A stretch of 64,000 nt of DNA from positions 13,971,884-14,035,883 of the forward strand of contig NC_092371.1 in NCBI RefSeq assembly GCF_030028105.1, read 5' to 3'. The position numbers were made by a program, and so were the translations under genes. The notes beneath the pieces are model-generated. The model saw nothing but the letters and a program-made list of their open reading frames with translations, searched no databases and was not told where the DNA came from. How positions within the stretch are numbered: the first letter of the stretch is position 1; each line of letters begins with the position of its first letter. Of this stretch, positions 23,729 through 35,081 are shown piece after piece. Source of the DNA: Mobula birostris. Its lineage: Eukaryota.

Positions 23729-26048
23729 CTCCATGTTTTCTCTATTTGTGAGCCAATAGCTCCTTCCACCATCTGTACAGTTCGGTTCCCACCCCCCAGC
23801 AATTCTAGTTTATACTCTCCCCCCGCCCCCCCCCCCATAGCCTTTGTAAACCTCCCTGCTGGGATATTGGTCCCCTTCGGATTCAAGTGCAACCCGTCCT
23901 TTTTGAACAGGTCACGCCTGCCCCAAAAGAGGTCCCAATGATCCAGAAATCTGAATCCCTGCCCCCTGCTCCAATCCCTCAGCCACACATTTATCCTCTA
24001 CCTCACTCTATTCCTGTACTCACTGTCGCGTGGTGCAGGCAGTAATCCCGAGATTATTACCTTTGAGGTCCTGCTTCTCAACTTCCTTCCTAACTTACTA
24101 TAGTCTGTTTTCAGGACCTCCTCCCTTTTCCTACCTATGTTTTTGGTACCAATATGTACCACGACCTCTGGCTGTTCACCTTCCCGCTTAAGGATATCGT
24201 GGACGCGATCAGAAACATCCCAGACCCTGGCACCTGGGAGGCAACCTGCCATCCGTGTTTCTTCCCTGCGTCCACAGAATCGCCTATCTGACCCCCCAAC
24301 TACAGAGTTTCCTATCACTGCTGCCGCCTTACTTTCCCTACCGTACTGAGCCACAGGGCCATTGTTGCTTCCCCCAGGTTGGTCGTCACCCTAACAGTAC
24401 TCAAACAGGAGTATTTATTGTTAAGGGGGTCAGCCACGGGAGTACTCTCTAATATCTGACTCTTGCCCTTGCCTCTCCTGACTATTACCCACATATCTGA
24501 CTCCCGAGGCCCCGGTGTGACTACTTGCCTATAGCTCCACTTTGTCACCTCATTTTCCCTGACCATACGAAGGTCATCGAGCTGCAGTTTCAGTCCCCTA
24601 ACCCGGTCCCTAAGTAGCTGCAGCTCGAGGCACCTGGCACAGATGTGCCCTTCCGGATGTGCCCTCCCGGACTTCCCATATCCGACACCCAGTACAGAAC
24701 ACCAATTACAGAATTCTAACAGATCTGTCAGCCAAGATTTACCCTTGAGAATATTTTACCAAGTATTCTGAGACCTCATGCTTACTAATCGACTCCTACA
24801 ACTTTCCGACCACTGTAGTCAGACTAACTGACCTATATTTTCCCTTCTATCCCACCCCCTTCTCAAAGTTTGGAGTGACATTTGCAATTTTCCAGTCTTC
24901 TGGAATTATTCCAGAATCTAGTGATTCTTAGAGGATAATCACTAATGCCTGCACAATCCCTTCAGCCACCCATTCAGAACTCTGAGGTGTACACCATCTG
25001 GTCCGAGTAACGTGTCTACCTTCAGCTCTTCCAGTTTGCCAATAACCTTTTCTCTACAAATGGTAACTTCACATACGTCATGATTCCTTACACCTGTCAC
25101 TTCCACCATGTCTTCCATAGTGAAGATTGATGCATTATATTTTTTCCAGTTCATCCGCCATTTCATTTTTCCCCATTACTAATTGTCCAGCATCGTTTTT
25201 CAGTGGTCCGATATCCACTCTCGGTTCTCCTTTACACTTTAAGCATCTGAAGAAATTTTTGGTATCATCTTTAATATTATTGGTTAGCTTACTTTCATAT
25301 TCCAGCTTTACCTTCTTAATGACTTTATAGTTGCCTCCTGTTGGTTTTTAAAAGCTTCCCAAACTTCTTAGTCTGAAGTTAATCGTCTAACTTCAGACTA
25401 ATTTTTGCTTTGTTATATGCCCTCTTTGGCTTTTTTGTTAGCTTGGACCTCTCTTGTTAGCCACGATTGCGTCATTTTTCCTTCCGAATACTACTACCTC
25501 TTTGGGATGTATATATCCGGTTCCTTCTGTATTGCTCGCAGAAGTTCAGGCCATTGCTGTTCTGCATCATTCCTGCCAGTGTTCTCTTCCAACCAATTCT
25601 GGCCAACCTCTGATGACTCTGCAATTCCCTTTACTACATTGTGATACTGATACACCTAACTTTAGCTTTTCCTCGAATTTCGAGGTCAATGAGATCACTT
25701 CTCCTCAGGGTTCCTTTACCTTCAGCTCTCTAATCAATTGTGGTTCATTGTCGAGAACCCAATCCAGAATAGCTGATCCCCTCGTGGACTCAACTACGAG
25801 CTGCTCTAAAAAGCTGTCTCGTAGGCACTCTAGAAATGATCCCTCCTGGAATCAAGCACCCATATGATTTCTCCAATCTACCTATATACTGAGATCCGCT
25901 ATGAGTATTTTAACATTGCCCTTTTGGCATTCATTTTCTATTTTTGTTATAATTTGTAGAGCACATTCTTATTACTGTCTGGTGGTCTGTATACAACTCC
26001 AGGGCCTTTTTACCCTTACTGTTACTTAGCTCTATCCACAATAATCCA

Positions 26049-26850
26049 CAGCGAAGGCGGAGCGAATTTAAGATGGCGCTAATCGGCGACTCCTTTACAG
26101 TATTTGCATCTTCGGAAACAGCTCTATTTCCATCTTTAATATCTTTATTTTTTTCCCCTTCAGGGTCCTTTTGAAGACCCTGACCTGGAGTTATACGCTG
26201 ACTTCGGTTCTTTGCGGGAATGGGACCCGTTCCCGGGGTTTCAGGACTGGCTGTTCGGTACGCCAAGGGTTCGGAAGCCTAAGATCTCGGGGGTCTGGAG
26301 ACGGGCGGAAGGAGGGTCGGTGTCATGGCAGGAGATCCATGTCTCGTCGCGGGAGTCGCGATATTTGCTGAGGGCCGGAAGACCCGGGATCATTGCGATC
26401 TTCAGGCACAGAGCTCGGACAAAGCAACGTGACGGATTTTTAACGTCGAAAACCAGCGAGTTGTTCGTTATGTCTCCACGCTCGCTGGGAAAATCGAGAC
26501 ACCTCTTTCTCCCTTATTAGGGCGAGAGAGAATCTGCGGTATGTCGATTGCTGAAGTCTTTGGGGTAACTGCAAGTCTGTATCTTAGCCATTACTTTGCT
26601 CACGCTGGGTGCTCGGTGGTGGTGTCGATGCTTGCTTTCTTTTGCCGGTGGGGGCGGGAGGACTGTTGCTCGCTGCCGATTACGCGCGGGAGGGAGGAGA
26701 GCTGGGGGGGGGGACTTTGGGGTTCTTACGTTTATCTGTCGTTCATTCTTTGGGGCACTTCTCTGTTTTCATGGATGTTTGCGAAGAAAACATTTCAGGA
26801 TGTATATTGTATACATTTCTCTGACATTATATTGGACCTTTGAACCTTTG
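26049..26850 (+). mobile_element. 802-bp non-LTR-type retroposon insertion with 9-bp TSD
   Basis: AATAATCCA at 26040-26048 and 26851-26859; GC-rich 5' part; 3' tail ...GGACCTTTGAACCTTTG; no convincing ORF. Confidence 0.7.
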
Positions 26851-27038
26851 AATAATCCAACGCCTTCCGGTCCAATGTCACCTCTTTCTAATTATTTGAT
26901 TTCATTTTTTACCAGCAGAGCAACACTGCTCCTACTGCCTTCTTGCCTGCCCGTTCGATAGAACGTGTATCCTTGGACATTAAACTGCCAACTTCAATCT
27001 TCTTTCAGCTATGATTCAGTGAGCCTACAACGTCAAAC

Positions 27039-27791
27039 TGTCATAAGGTGGGGGCTGGGAACGGACCCAAGTGCAAGACACAGACACTGAAGTACTAGGG
27101 ACAGGACTAGGATACAGGGCGATGGCAAGGTCATGGTCAGGAAAACCAGGAACCTGGAACAGGACTGGACAAAAGAGCTAGGAACCCGGGCTTGGACTCC
27201 GAGCCAGAGACTGGACAAAGACCCAGTACTTCGGTCTTGCCTCTGGCTCGGACCCCATAACTAGGCAAGGACGAGGCTTGGCTGGCAGGCAGGACGGGGC
27301 TGGAGTCTTAGACTTGAGGCGAGGCTTAGCAGGAGGCAGGAGAGCAGAGACTTGAGGCGAGGCTAGGCAGGAGGCTGGAGTCTTCAGGCTTGAGGCCAGG
27401 CAGGCTCCTCCTGGGCAGGGCGCGGTACTCCTGGGTAGGGCGCAGATCACCACCCGACGGAGGCATGGAACAGGAAGGGACAAAACCAACCGCAGGTAAC
27501 AGCAAGATGGTCTGGCTTACCCAACGGAGGCAAGGGACAGGAAGGGAGCTAGGTACAGGGTGGCTCCAGGACAAGACTGCAGGCGAGATGAGGCGAGAGT
27601 TACCGGCAAGACAAGGCAGGGCTTCAGGCGAGGAAACAGAAGGCAGGGGAAGAGATACAAGGAGTAAGGGCAAGAACAATCCAGCAGCCACGCCTCAAGA
27701 ACAGAAACAGGGTAGATTTGAAAACCTGGAGCAAGGGTCGATGGACCGGATCGTGAACCGGAATACGGACTTCACGGACCGGACCATGACA
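27039..27791 (-). mobile_element. Solo LTR (same family)
   Basis: Minus-strand TGTCATGGTCCGGTCC...TTATGACA; inserted in a CR1; only a degenerate TSD (CAAAC/CACCC). Confidence 0.78.
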
Positions 27792-28589
27792 CACCCCTGC
27801 CAATCTGCAACTGTGCTATAAGTTCATCTACCTTATTCCTCACTCTGTGCATTCAAATATAACACCTTCAGTCCCGTATTCATCCTTTTCGATTTTATAC
27901 ACCTTTTTCGTTGCAACTCATCCTGTTGAATGCAATTTTGCCCTCACAACAGTCTCTCCTCACTACACCTTGCATTTGTTTGTAAACCATCCGCCTTTCC
28001 TGCAATAGTCTTGGAAACATCTTTGCCTACTACCCCTCTTAAAGATCCATCCAGATAGATGAGTTCTTTCCCATTATTTCACGTTACAGTATTCCAAGTT
28101 CCCATGGAAGCTCCTACTACATTCTAGGTCATAACAATTCACCGTGCAAATTAAATTTTCATCTATCTTCTCCCTCCACACCACGTGTTAGTTTCCCCCA
28201 TTATCTTCCTTGTGTGTCCTCTGCTCTTACATGCAAATTCCTCCCCTTTTTTCGTATGACGTTATAAGGCAGAAGAATTGGGTTGAGAGGGATAATAAAT
28301 CAGCCATGGTCAAACAGTAGAATAATTCTGCTCCAATGTCTCATGGTACTATGGCCTAGTTAATGCTCCTGCCCCAGCAGGACCTTCAAACCTCTAACCC
28401 ATAATCCATCCCCAACCTCTCCAATGTATCCGGTCACTAAAGACTCCATTGCAAGTGAAAAGTACCAGGGAAGGTCAGAGCTCATAATAAACTTTAATGT
28501 CAACCAAGATGGCATGGGAACCTTTCACTTACAAAGGTCGGGAATCATTCTCCGCTGCTCCGTATAATTCTCAACCTTTTCCAATCAGA

Positions 28590-29345
28590 AGAACATAAAA
28601 CATAGGAGCAGAATTAGGCCATTTGATCCATAGAGTCTGTGCCTCTATTCAACCATGGCTGATCCTTTTTCTTCTCCTCAACCCCATTCCCTGGCGTACT
28701 CCCCTTAACCTTTGATGTCGTGTCCAATCAAGAACCTATCAATCTCTGTCTTAAATACACCCAACGACCTGGCCTGTACAGCAGCCTCTGGTAACAAATT
28801 CCACACATTCACCACCTTCTGGCTAAAGAAATTTCTCCGCATTTCCGTTTTAATCGGACGCCCCTCGATCCTGAGGTTGTGCCCTCTTGTCCTAGACTCC
28901 TCCACCATGGGGAAACATCCTTTCTACATCTACTGTCTAGGCCTTTCAACATTCGAAATGTTTCAATGAGATCCGCCCTCATCCTTATGAATTCCAGCGA
29001 TTACGGACCCAGGGTCACCAAACGTTGCTGGTATGATAACCCTTTCATTCCCGGAATCATTCTTGTGAACGCCTCTGGACCCTCTCCAATGCAAGCACAC
29101 CTTTTCTCAGATGAGGAGCTCAAAACTGTTCACAATACTGAAGGTGAGGCCTCAGCAGTGCCTCGGCATCACATCCCTGCTCTTGTATTTACGCCCTCTT
29201 GAAATGAATGCTAACGTTGTATTTGCCTTCCTCACCACCGACTCAACATGCAAGTTAATCTTTAAGGTGTTCTGCACAAGGACTGCCAAGTCCCTTTGCA
29301 TCTCAGATTTTTGGATTTTTCTCCCCGTTTAGAGAATAGTCTACA
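28590..29345 (-). mobile_element. CR1 3' fragment
   Basis: TRGHNLRIEG...NFFSQKVVNVWNLLP. Confidence 0.8.
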
Positions 29346-29935
29346 TATTTTTTCATTAGAATTCTTCGACTGAATATTATTTTTACACGATACGACATTT
29401 GTATCGGTCAGTGCTGCTGTCTCCAGGTGCGCCGAGGTGGGAGCTGACCAAACTATTATCATAATGCTCTGGGTGCCATCGGGAAGGAGGTACAGGGGCA
29501 TTAGGACATACACCACCAGGTTCCGGAACAATTACTACCCTACAACCATCAGGCTCCTGAACAGAGTGGATAACTTCACTCACTTCAATACTGAGTTGAT
29601 TCCACAACCTATGGACTTAAGAGCAGTTGAAGAGAAGTTACTCACCCTGAACCATCAGACTCTTAAACAAAAAAGGATAAGTACACTCATTCTATTTCAG
29701 ATATTTCCACAGCCAATGATTTCACTTTAAGGATTCTTTATCTTGTTATTTCATGCTCTCATTATTTATTGCTATTTATTTATATTTCCGTTTGTACAGC
29801 TTGTTGCTCATTGATCCTGTTTACAGTTACCGTTCTATAGATTTGCTAAGTATTCCTGCAGGAAAAAAGAATCTCAGGGTTGTGTGTGATGATGTGTTTG
29901 TATTCTTATAATAAATTTTGTTTTGAACTTTGAAG
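29345..29935 (+). mobile_element. Rex1/Babar-like 3' fragments (nested)
   Basis: PSGRRYRGIRTYTTRFRNNYYPTTIRLLN; tail ending tttgaactttga. Confidence 0.65.
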
Positions 29936-31371
29936 GTTGAACTCACTTTCAAAGCTCCCCACAACTGGTTCTGAATATTATTTATCTGTCTGTCTATTTA
30001 ATATTTGCAAGTTTATCTTGCACATTGGTTATCAGCCTTTGTGTGCAGCTTCTCACCGATTCTAATTGTATTTGTTTTACTGCAACTGTCCGCAAGAAAA
30101 TAAATCTGAAGGTGCCATATCCGTGTTTTGATAATAAATTTACTTTAAAGTTTGAGTTGTGAATAAAGACAATCTATACAAATATTGCTTTAGAAGGCAT
30201 TTAACAAATGTACTGTTAAAACATCTGCACATCCAGTTTAAAAGCTCAGATAACGCTGGGGATAAGCAGCATTGTTTTGAGAGAAGTTTACTTGTTATCA
30301 AAGGAAATGAGAGTTAAGATGTTCTTCTTTCTTCAGAGAGAAGGGCACTGTACAGTTGATAAGGCACCCAGGCAGAGGTAGGAGGTTACAGTGGGGGAGG
30401 ATGAGGAACGGAGTATAGATGCATGCATACGCGGTCACAACCCTCTCCATCTATGACATCGGCTCCGGGCGATTGGGAGACTGTGAGCATAACAAGCTGC
30501 TAAAGGATTGACTCGTTTAACTGGAACGCAACTCTGCCCAGAGCCGAAGCTGAAGCGATTCTGCAGATGCTGGAAATCTAGAGCAATACACACCGAACCC
30601 TGGAGGAACTTAGCAGACCAGGTAGCACTTATGGAGGGGAATAAACTCGATGTTTTGGACGGAGACCCTTCATCCTGACTGGGGAATGGACAACTGGCAT
30701 TTCAGGAACAGCTTTTCCTCCGCCAAGAGATATCTGCACAGTCCATAAACCAAAGAGTATTAGGACAACATTTTTGTCTCTTTTTTGCATTATGTATTCC
30801 CATAGTAACTTAAAGTATTTTAAATGTCTTGCATTATTGTGCTACCGCAAAACAAGACATCTCATGACTTACGTGACTGATAATAAACCTGACTCAGATC
30901 CTTATTTCCTCACGCACTGTGTGATCATAGATTCAGCGAGACACACAGCGTGGAAGCAGGCCCTTTGGCCCAACTCATTGCTGCCAGTCAAAGTGACCAT
31001 CTAGGCTAGTCCCATTGGCCTACGTTTGGCCCATATTTCTAAACCTTTCCGATCCACGTACCTGTCCTACTGCCTTTTAACTGCTGTATCTGCTGCAACC
31101 GCTCACTCAGGCAGTTCGTTCCACATACTGACCACTCGCTGAGTGAATAAGTCCCCTTAAAATCTTTCCCCTTGCACCTTAGTCCGTGCCGTCTGACTCT
31201 TAATTCCCCAACCCTGGGAAAAATCTGTATAAACATTTGAATAAACTCTTGTAAACAACCTGCCTGGTTCTTCCAGCATTTTGTGTGTGTTGTTCTGCTC
31301 AGATCTGCTCTGTGGTGGTGGTGTTGGGGGAGAGGGGCTATGGGCGGCGTCAGGCAGACCCTTCGAGCTGC

Positions 31372-31600
31372 ACCCACCTATTTAACCCTAGCCCAATCAC
31401 AGAATAATTTACAACGATCAATTAAGTTATTAACTGGTACGCCTTTGGAATGCGGGACGTAACCAGAGCAGCTGGAAGTACCCTGCGCGGCCGCGCGAAT
31501 ATCTTACAAACTCTTTACAGACAGTGCCGGAATTGAACTCCGAACTCCGACGTCCGGAGCTGTAATAGTGCCGTGCTAACCGCTGCGCTACCGTGGCGCC
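31372..31600 (-). mobile_element. tRNA-derived SINE
   Basis: Minus strand begins GGTAGCGCAGCGGTTAGC (A box) ... GGAGTTCAATTCC (B box). Confidence 0.65.
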
Positions 31601-31754
31601 CCATCTCCAGGCCTGCCCGGGGTTCCAATGGGATTGTAGGCTCTAGGACGGGCGAACTTCTTTAGAACCTGACACAGTCGTTCCAAAATAAGGTGCAAGA
31701 GAAAGAGAACACGTCGCACTTCCAACGTGTTCCTAACCATTCAGGGGTATTGTA

Positions 31755-32110
31755 CTCTAATGGTTAGGGTAAAGTTTTCTAGCGCTTGTGATCCGAGGTT
31801 CAATTTCCATCGCTACTTGTAAGGAGCTTGTATGTTCTTCCCATGACCGTGTGCGTTCTCTCGGGTTCTACGGTTACCTCCCGCGTTCTAAAGCCATACA
31901 GGGCATCAAAAGGTATGGGGTGAAAGCAGGGGAGTAAGGATGACTGGAAGAATTGGATCAGCCCATGACTGAATGGCCTACTTCTGCTCCTATATCTTAT
32001 GGTTTTCTAGGTTAGGGTTAGTAAGTAGTGGGCATGCGATGGTGACACTTGCGGGCTGCCCCCAGCACACGTTCAGACTGTGTTGGAGATGGGCAGAGTC
32101 TGGCATATTT
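31755..32110 (+). mobile_element. tRNA-derived SINE (degenerate)
   Basis: AATGGTTAG...GAGGTTCAATTTCC head, then a gtaaggagcttgtatgttctt body shared with other copies. Confidence 0.55.
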
Positions 32111-32838
32111 GAGATACAAATGTTATATGATACTTTCAAGGTCAGTCTTGACTGCTGTCTAGGCCTTACTACATGCAGCAATGGACTGCTTCACTTGTTC
32201 AGGAGTTTTGAAGGGAATGAAAAGCAGAACATTCTTTATCTTTACCTTTGTCTTCATTTGGAGCACGCCAGCTCTGTACCACAACGCTCGCTGATCTCTG
32301 AGGGAGGGCGGGGAAGGTCAGAAGTCCATTATCAAGCCCCTGTTACACAGTGGCTGATTGGCATCAATGAAAAAATCTTTCGCAAGCAAGCAATTAAATG
32401 TGGCTGTACATCCGACAGTGCCCCGGTGTTGGAGATTGAGAAGGAAAAATATTAGCGTTATTTGTCACATGTACTGTATTTCGAAACATACAGTGAAATG
32501 CATCGATGGTTTCAAGGACCAGAACAGTCTGAGGATGTGCAAATGTCGACAGGCTTACCGCACTAGTGTAGCATGCCCACAACTCACTAACACCAATTTG
32601 TACGTCTTTGGAATGTGGGAGGAAACAAGAGCATCCGGAGAAAACCCACACGTTCACGAGGAGAACATACAAAGTCCTTTCAGACAGCGGCAGGAAATGA
32701 ACTCGGATCGCAGGCGCTGTCCTGTCGTATCACTGCACGGTCGGGCTGAACTCCCGCCGAACTCCATGATGCCACCCCAAGGAGAAGTGGGAGGATGTGT
32801 GGTCACTGCCCACCGTTCCCCTCACCTTCGCTCTCAAC

Positions 32839-33110
32839 TCAGTCCGTCCTTGACTTGACCTGCTCAGATAGGGCGCTGAGGAGAAAGGAGGAGGAACCAG
32901 GCACCAGGGCCAGCAGGCCGATGAAAAAGGAGATGACCAGGAGGTTGAGGAGCAGGGCAGCCAAGGTCACCCCCAGGGTCCCCGCCAACGAGGGGAGTGG
33001 GGCGTTGGCCAGGAGCCAGGTCCGACGGCAGCCCATGTCGGTGATGATGGCCTCCAGCTGGAAGTGGGTGCCGGCCACCGCGCAGATATGGAAAAGCTGG
33101 TGACTGTGAC
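32839..33110 (-). CDS. PAQR6: PAQR6 last coding exon (GHSHQLFH...KSRTD*)
   Basis: ccacag| acceptor; HxxxH motif, hydrophobic last TM segment, TGA at 32841-32839. Confidence 0.92.
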
Positions 33111-35038
33111 CTGTGGAAGAGTGTGGGTGGGTGGGATGGGGGAGGGGAAGAGGTAGAGATAGATAAATGAGGGAGGTATTCTCTTGCGCACACCACTGTT
33201 GACCTCGCGGCCATTCAGCCCTCACCTTGGGGACACGGGGACCCAGGATATCTCAATCCCAAGGCTTCCGGTGTTGAGAGGCTCTGGTGTGTTGTCACAG
33301 CCGACGTCCGTACATAAGTTCACAACGGAGTCAACAAAGCAATCCACGACCTCTGGCTCTCCCAAACCGTCTCTGTGGCTCCCTTCGGACCCTAAAGCCT
33401 CCAGGTCTGTGACATCCTCCCTTCACTACTCCACTCCCTGTCTCTGCGACAACTTCCCGCCTCTACTTCCATTCCTCTCTCTGTGACCCACTCCTGTCCC
33501 TACACCCCTCCCCGGCTCTGCAACATCTTCGCTGTTAACACCCTTCCCCTTCTCTTGTAACCTCTTACTTCCCCTACACCCCTCCTCGTCTCTGTAACCC
33601 CTTCCCGGCCACCTCACCTCTCCCTATTACTGTAATCGTCCCTGGCCCCAACACCCCACCCCTATTCCCGTAATGCCATATTGTCTCAGTTTCCCCCGCC
33701 GTGCCTCCAGCAGCCTGGGCCGCGAGCTCAGGAACTGTCTCCTAATTTCTCGCAGTCCGTTCTCTCATTATTGTCCTTCCTTTTGTGTACTGAGATGGGG
33801 AAGTGTCGTGTTTTCAGTGGTCATAGCAATGTAAAATCCGTTGTGTAAACTGTCCCTTAAGGTTATCATAGCCGGGATGGGGAGTAGTGGAGAATGAGCT
33901 CCCACTACCTCTTAAATACTCCCAACGGCTCGCGTCTTAAGTAGCCACTGACAACCAAATCCAGCCCCTGGTCTTCCCGTGAGGCTTAGCTACTAAGACC
34001 GGCGGAACCATTTCTAATGACAGGAGAAGTGGCAAAGGCGGGCGCCTTAAAACAAGCTGCTTCGGGCAAGTGGAGTTCGTCGGCTATGGTTGACTGCTTT
34101 CTAGGAGAAAGAAAACTCTGATTTCAAACCTCCGCTGCCTTGCAACTCTACCCTCTCATGGGAAACCTTCGTGAGTAAACTCCGAGGAAAATGCTGCAGA
34201 TGGAGACTTTAAGGCAGTCCCACGTCGATTTCAACGCTGACTGGCAACTCCTGCGATATAGCTGGTGCCAAGTTGTATCGGTTTCTGCCATTCCCTTTGG
34301 ATTCATCAGCTGCAGGGAGTGGAGGAGACTGCTGCACGGGTAAGCGGCTTGCGCTTTGTATCGTCGTGCTCTGGCTTGTGACTTCGACAGCAAAGACGCA
34401 CCACCTATGGTTGACCTTGACCATATGTGTAAGCGGAAGGAACGGGGAGGTGGGTTACTCTGACTGGAGTAATCAGGCCGGCTCTGTTACACACCCACAG
34501 AGAAGTCCGAACCACCTCACCCACGACTCCAGAGCCCACTGCAGGGCATTGAGTGACAGCGCGGCGAGGAGACGGTTGATGGTCTGCCAGGAGTTATTCG
34601 GGTTGCGGGGTGGGGGGGGGGGTGGGGCGCAGGCCTCGTCAATAGGACACGGGCAGAACCGTATTGCTCACGGTTTGGGCCCCAACCCCAACGAAAGGAA
34701 CTCTGCTTTTGAGTGGGTAAAGAACGACCAGTTGGATTCGCCCTGGGATGGGAAAGGTGCGCCTTGAGGATACGTGACCACGGCTCACTGTAGTTTAGAA
34801 TACAGTTATCACATTCGAAAGTAAGAGAGTGGTTCCCGAAGCCGCTTCTGGGGCTCGGGACACGGAGTTCAGCCTTTGGGGCGGGGGCGTCCCCTGGAAA
34901 CTTTGTCACTGCAAATCTTTGAGGTGGCTCTCCCAGAGACTTGGGTTCAATCTGGATTTCCGTCTCTCTGTCTGCCCTGTCTGCCTCTCGCGCGTCCTCT
35001 GCGCTTGTGTGCGTGTGCGCGTGCGCGCGCGTCTCTGC

Positions 35039-35081
<43 letters not shown>

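Larger units (their letters stand above)
15735..24700 (-). mobile_element. Near full-length degraded CR1 LINE (ORF1 esterase, ORF2 EN and RT), split by two LTR insertions
   Basis: SGNH-esterase-like ORF1 at 23998-24354 (VIGNSVV...CLPGA...VHIGT). APE endonuclease start at 19938-20306 (CVRVNARSIMNK). RT motifs at 15926-17316 (KSPGPD, YRPMRL, HSFVKGRSCLT, SGVTQGSVLGP, RPHLEYC). Short tandem tail near 15740. Confidence 0.85.
24700..28250 (-). mobile_element. Second degraded CR1 (EN to pre-RT), interrupted at 26049-26850 and 27039-27791
   Basis: KVDTLLGPDGVHLRVL at 24942-25166; endonuclease-region sequence toward 27900. Confidence 0.75.
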
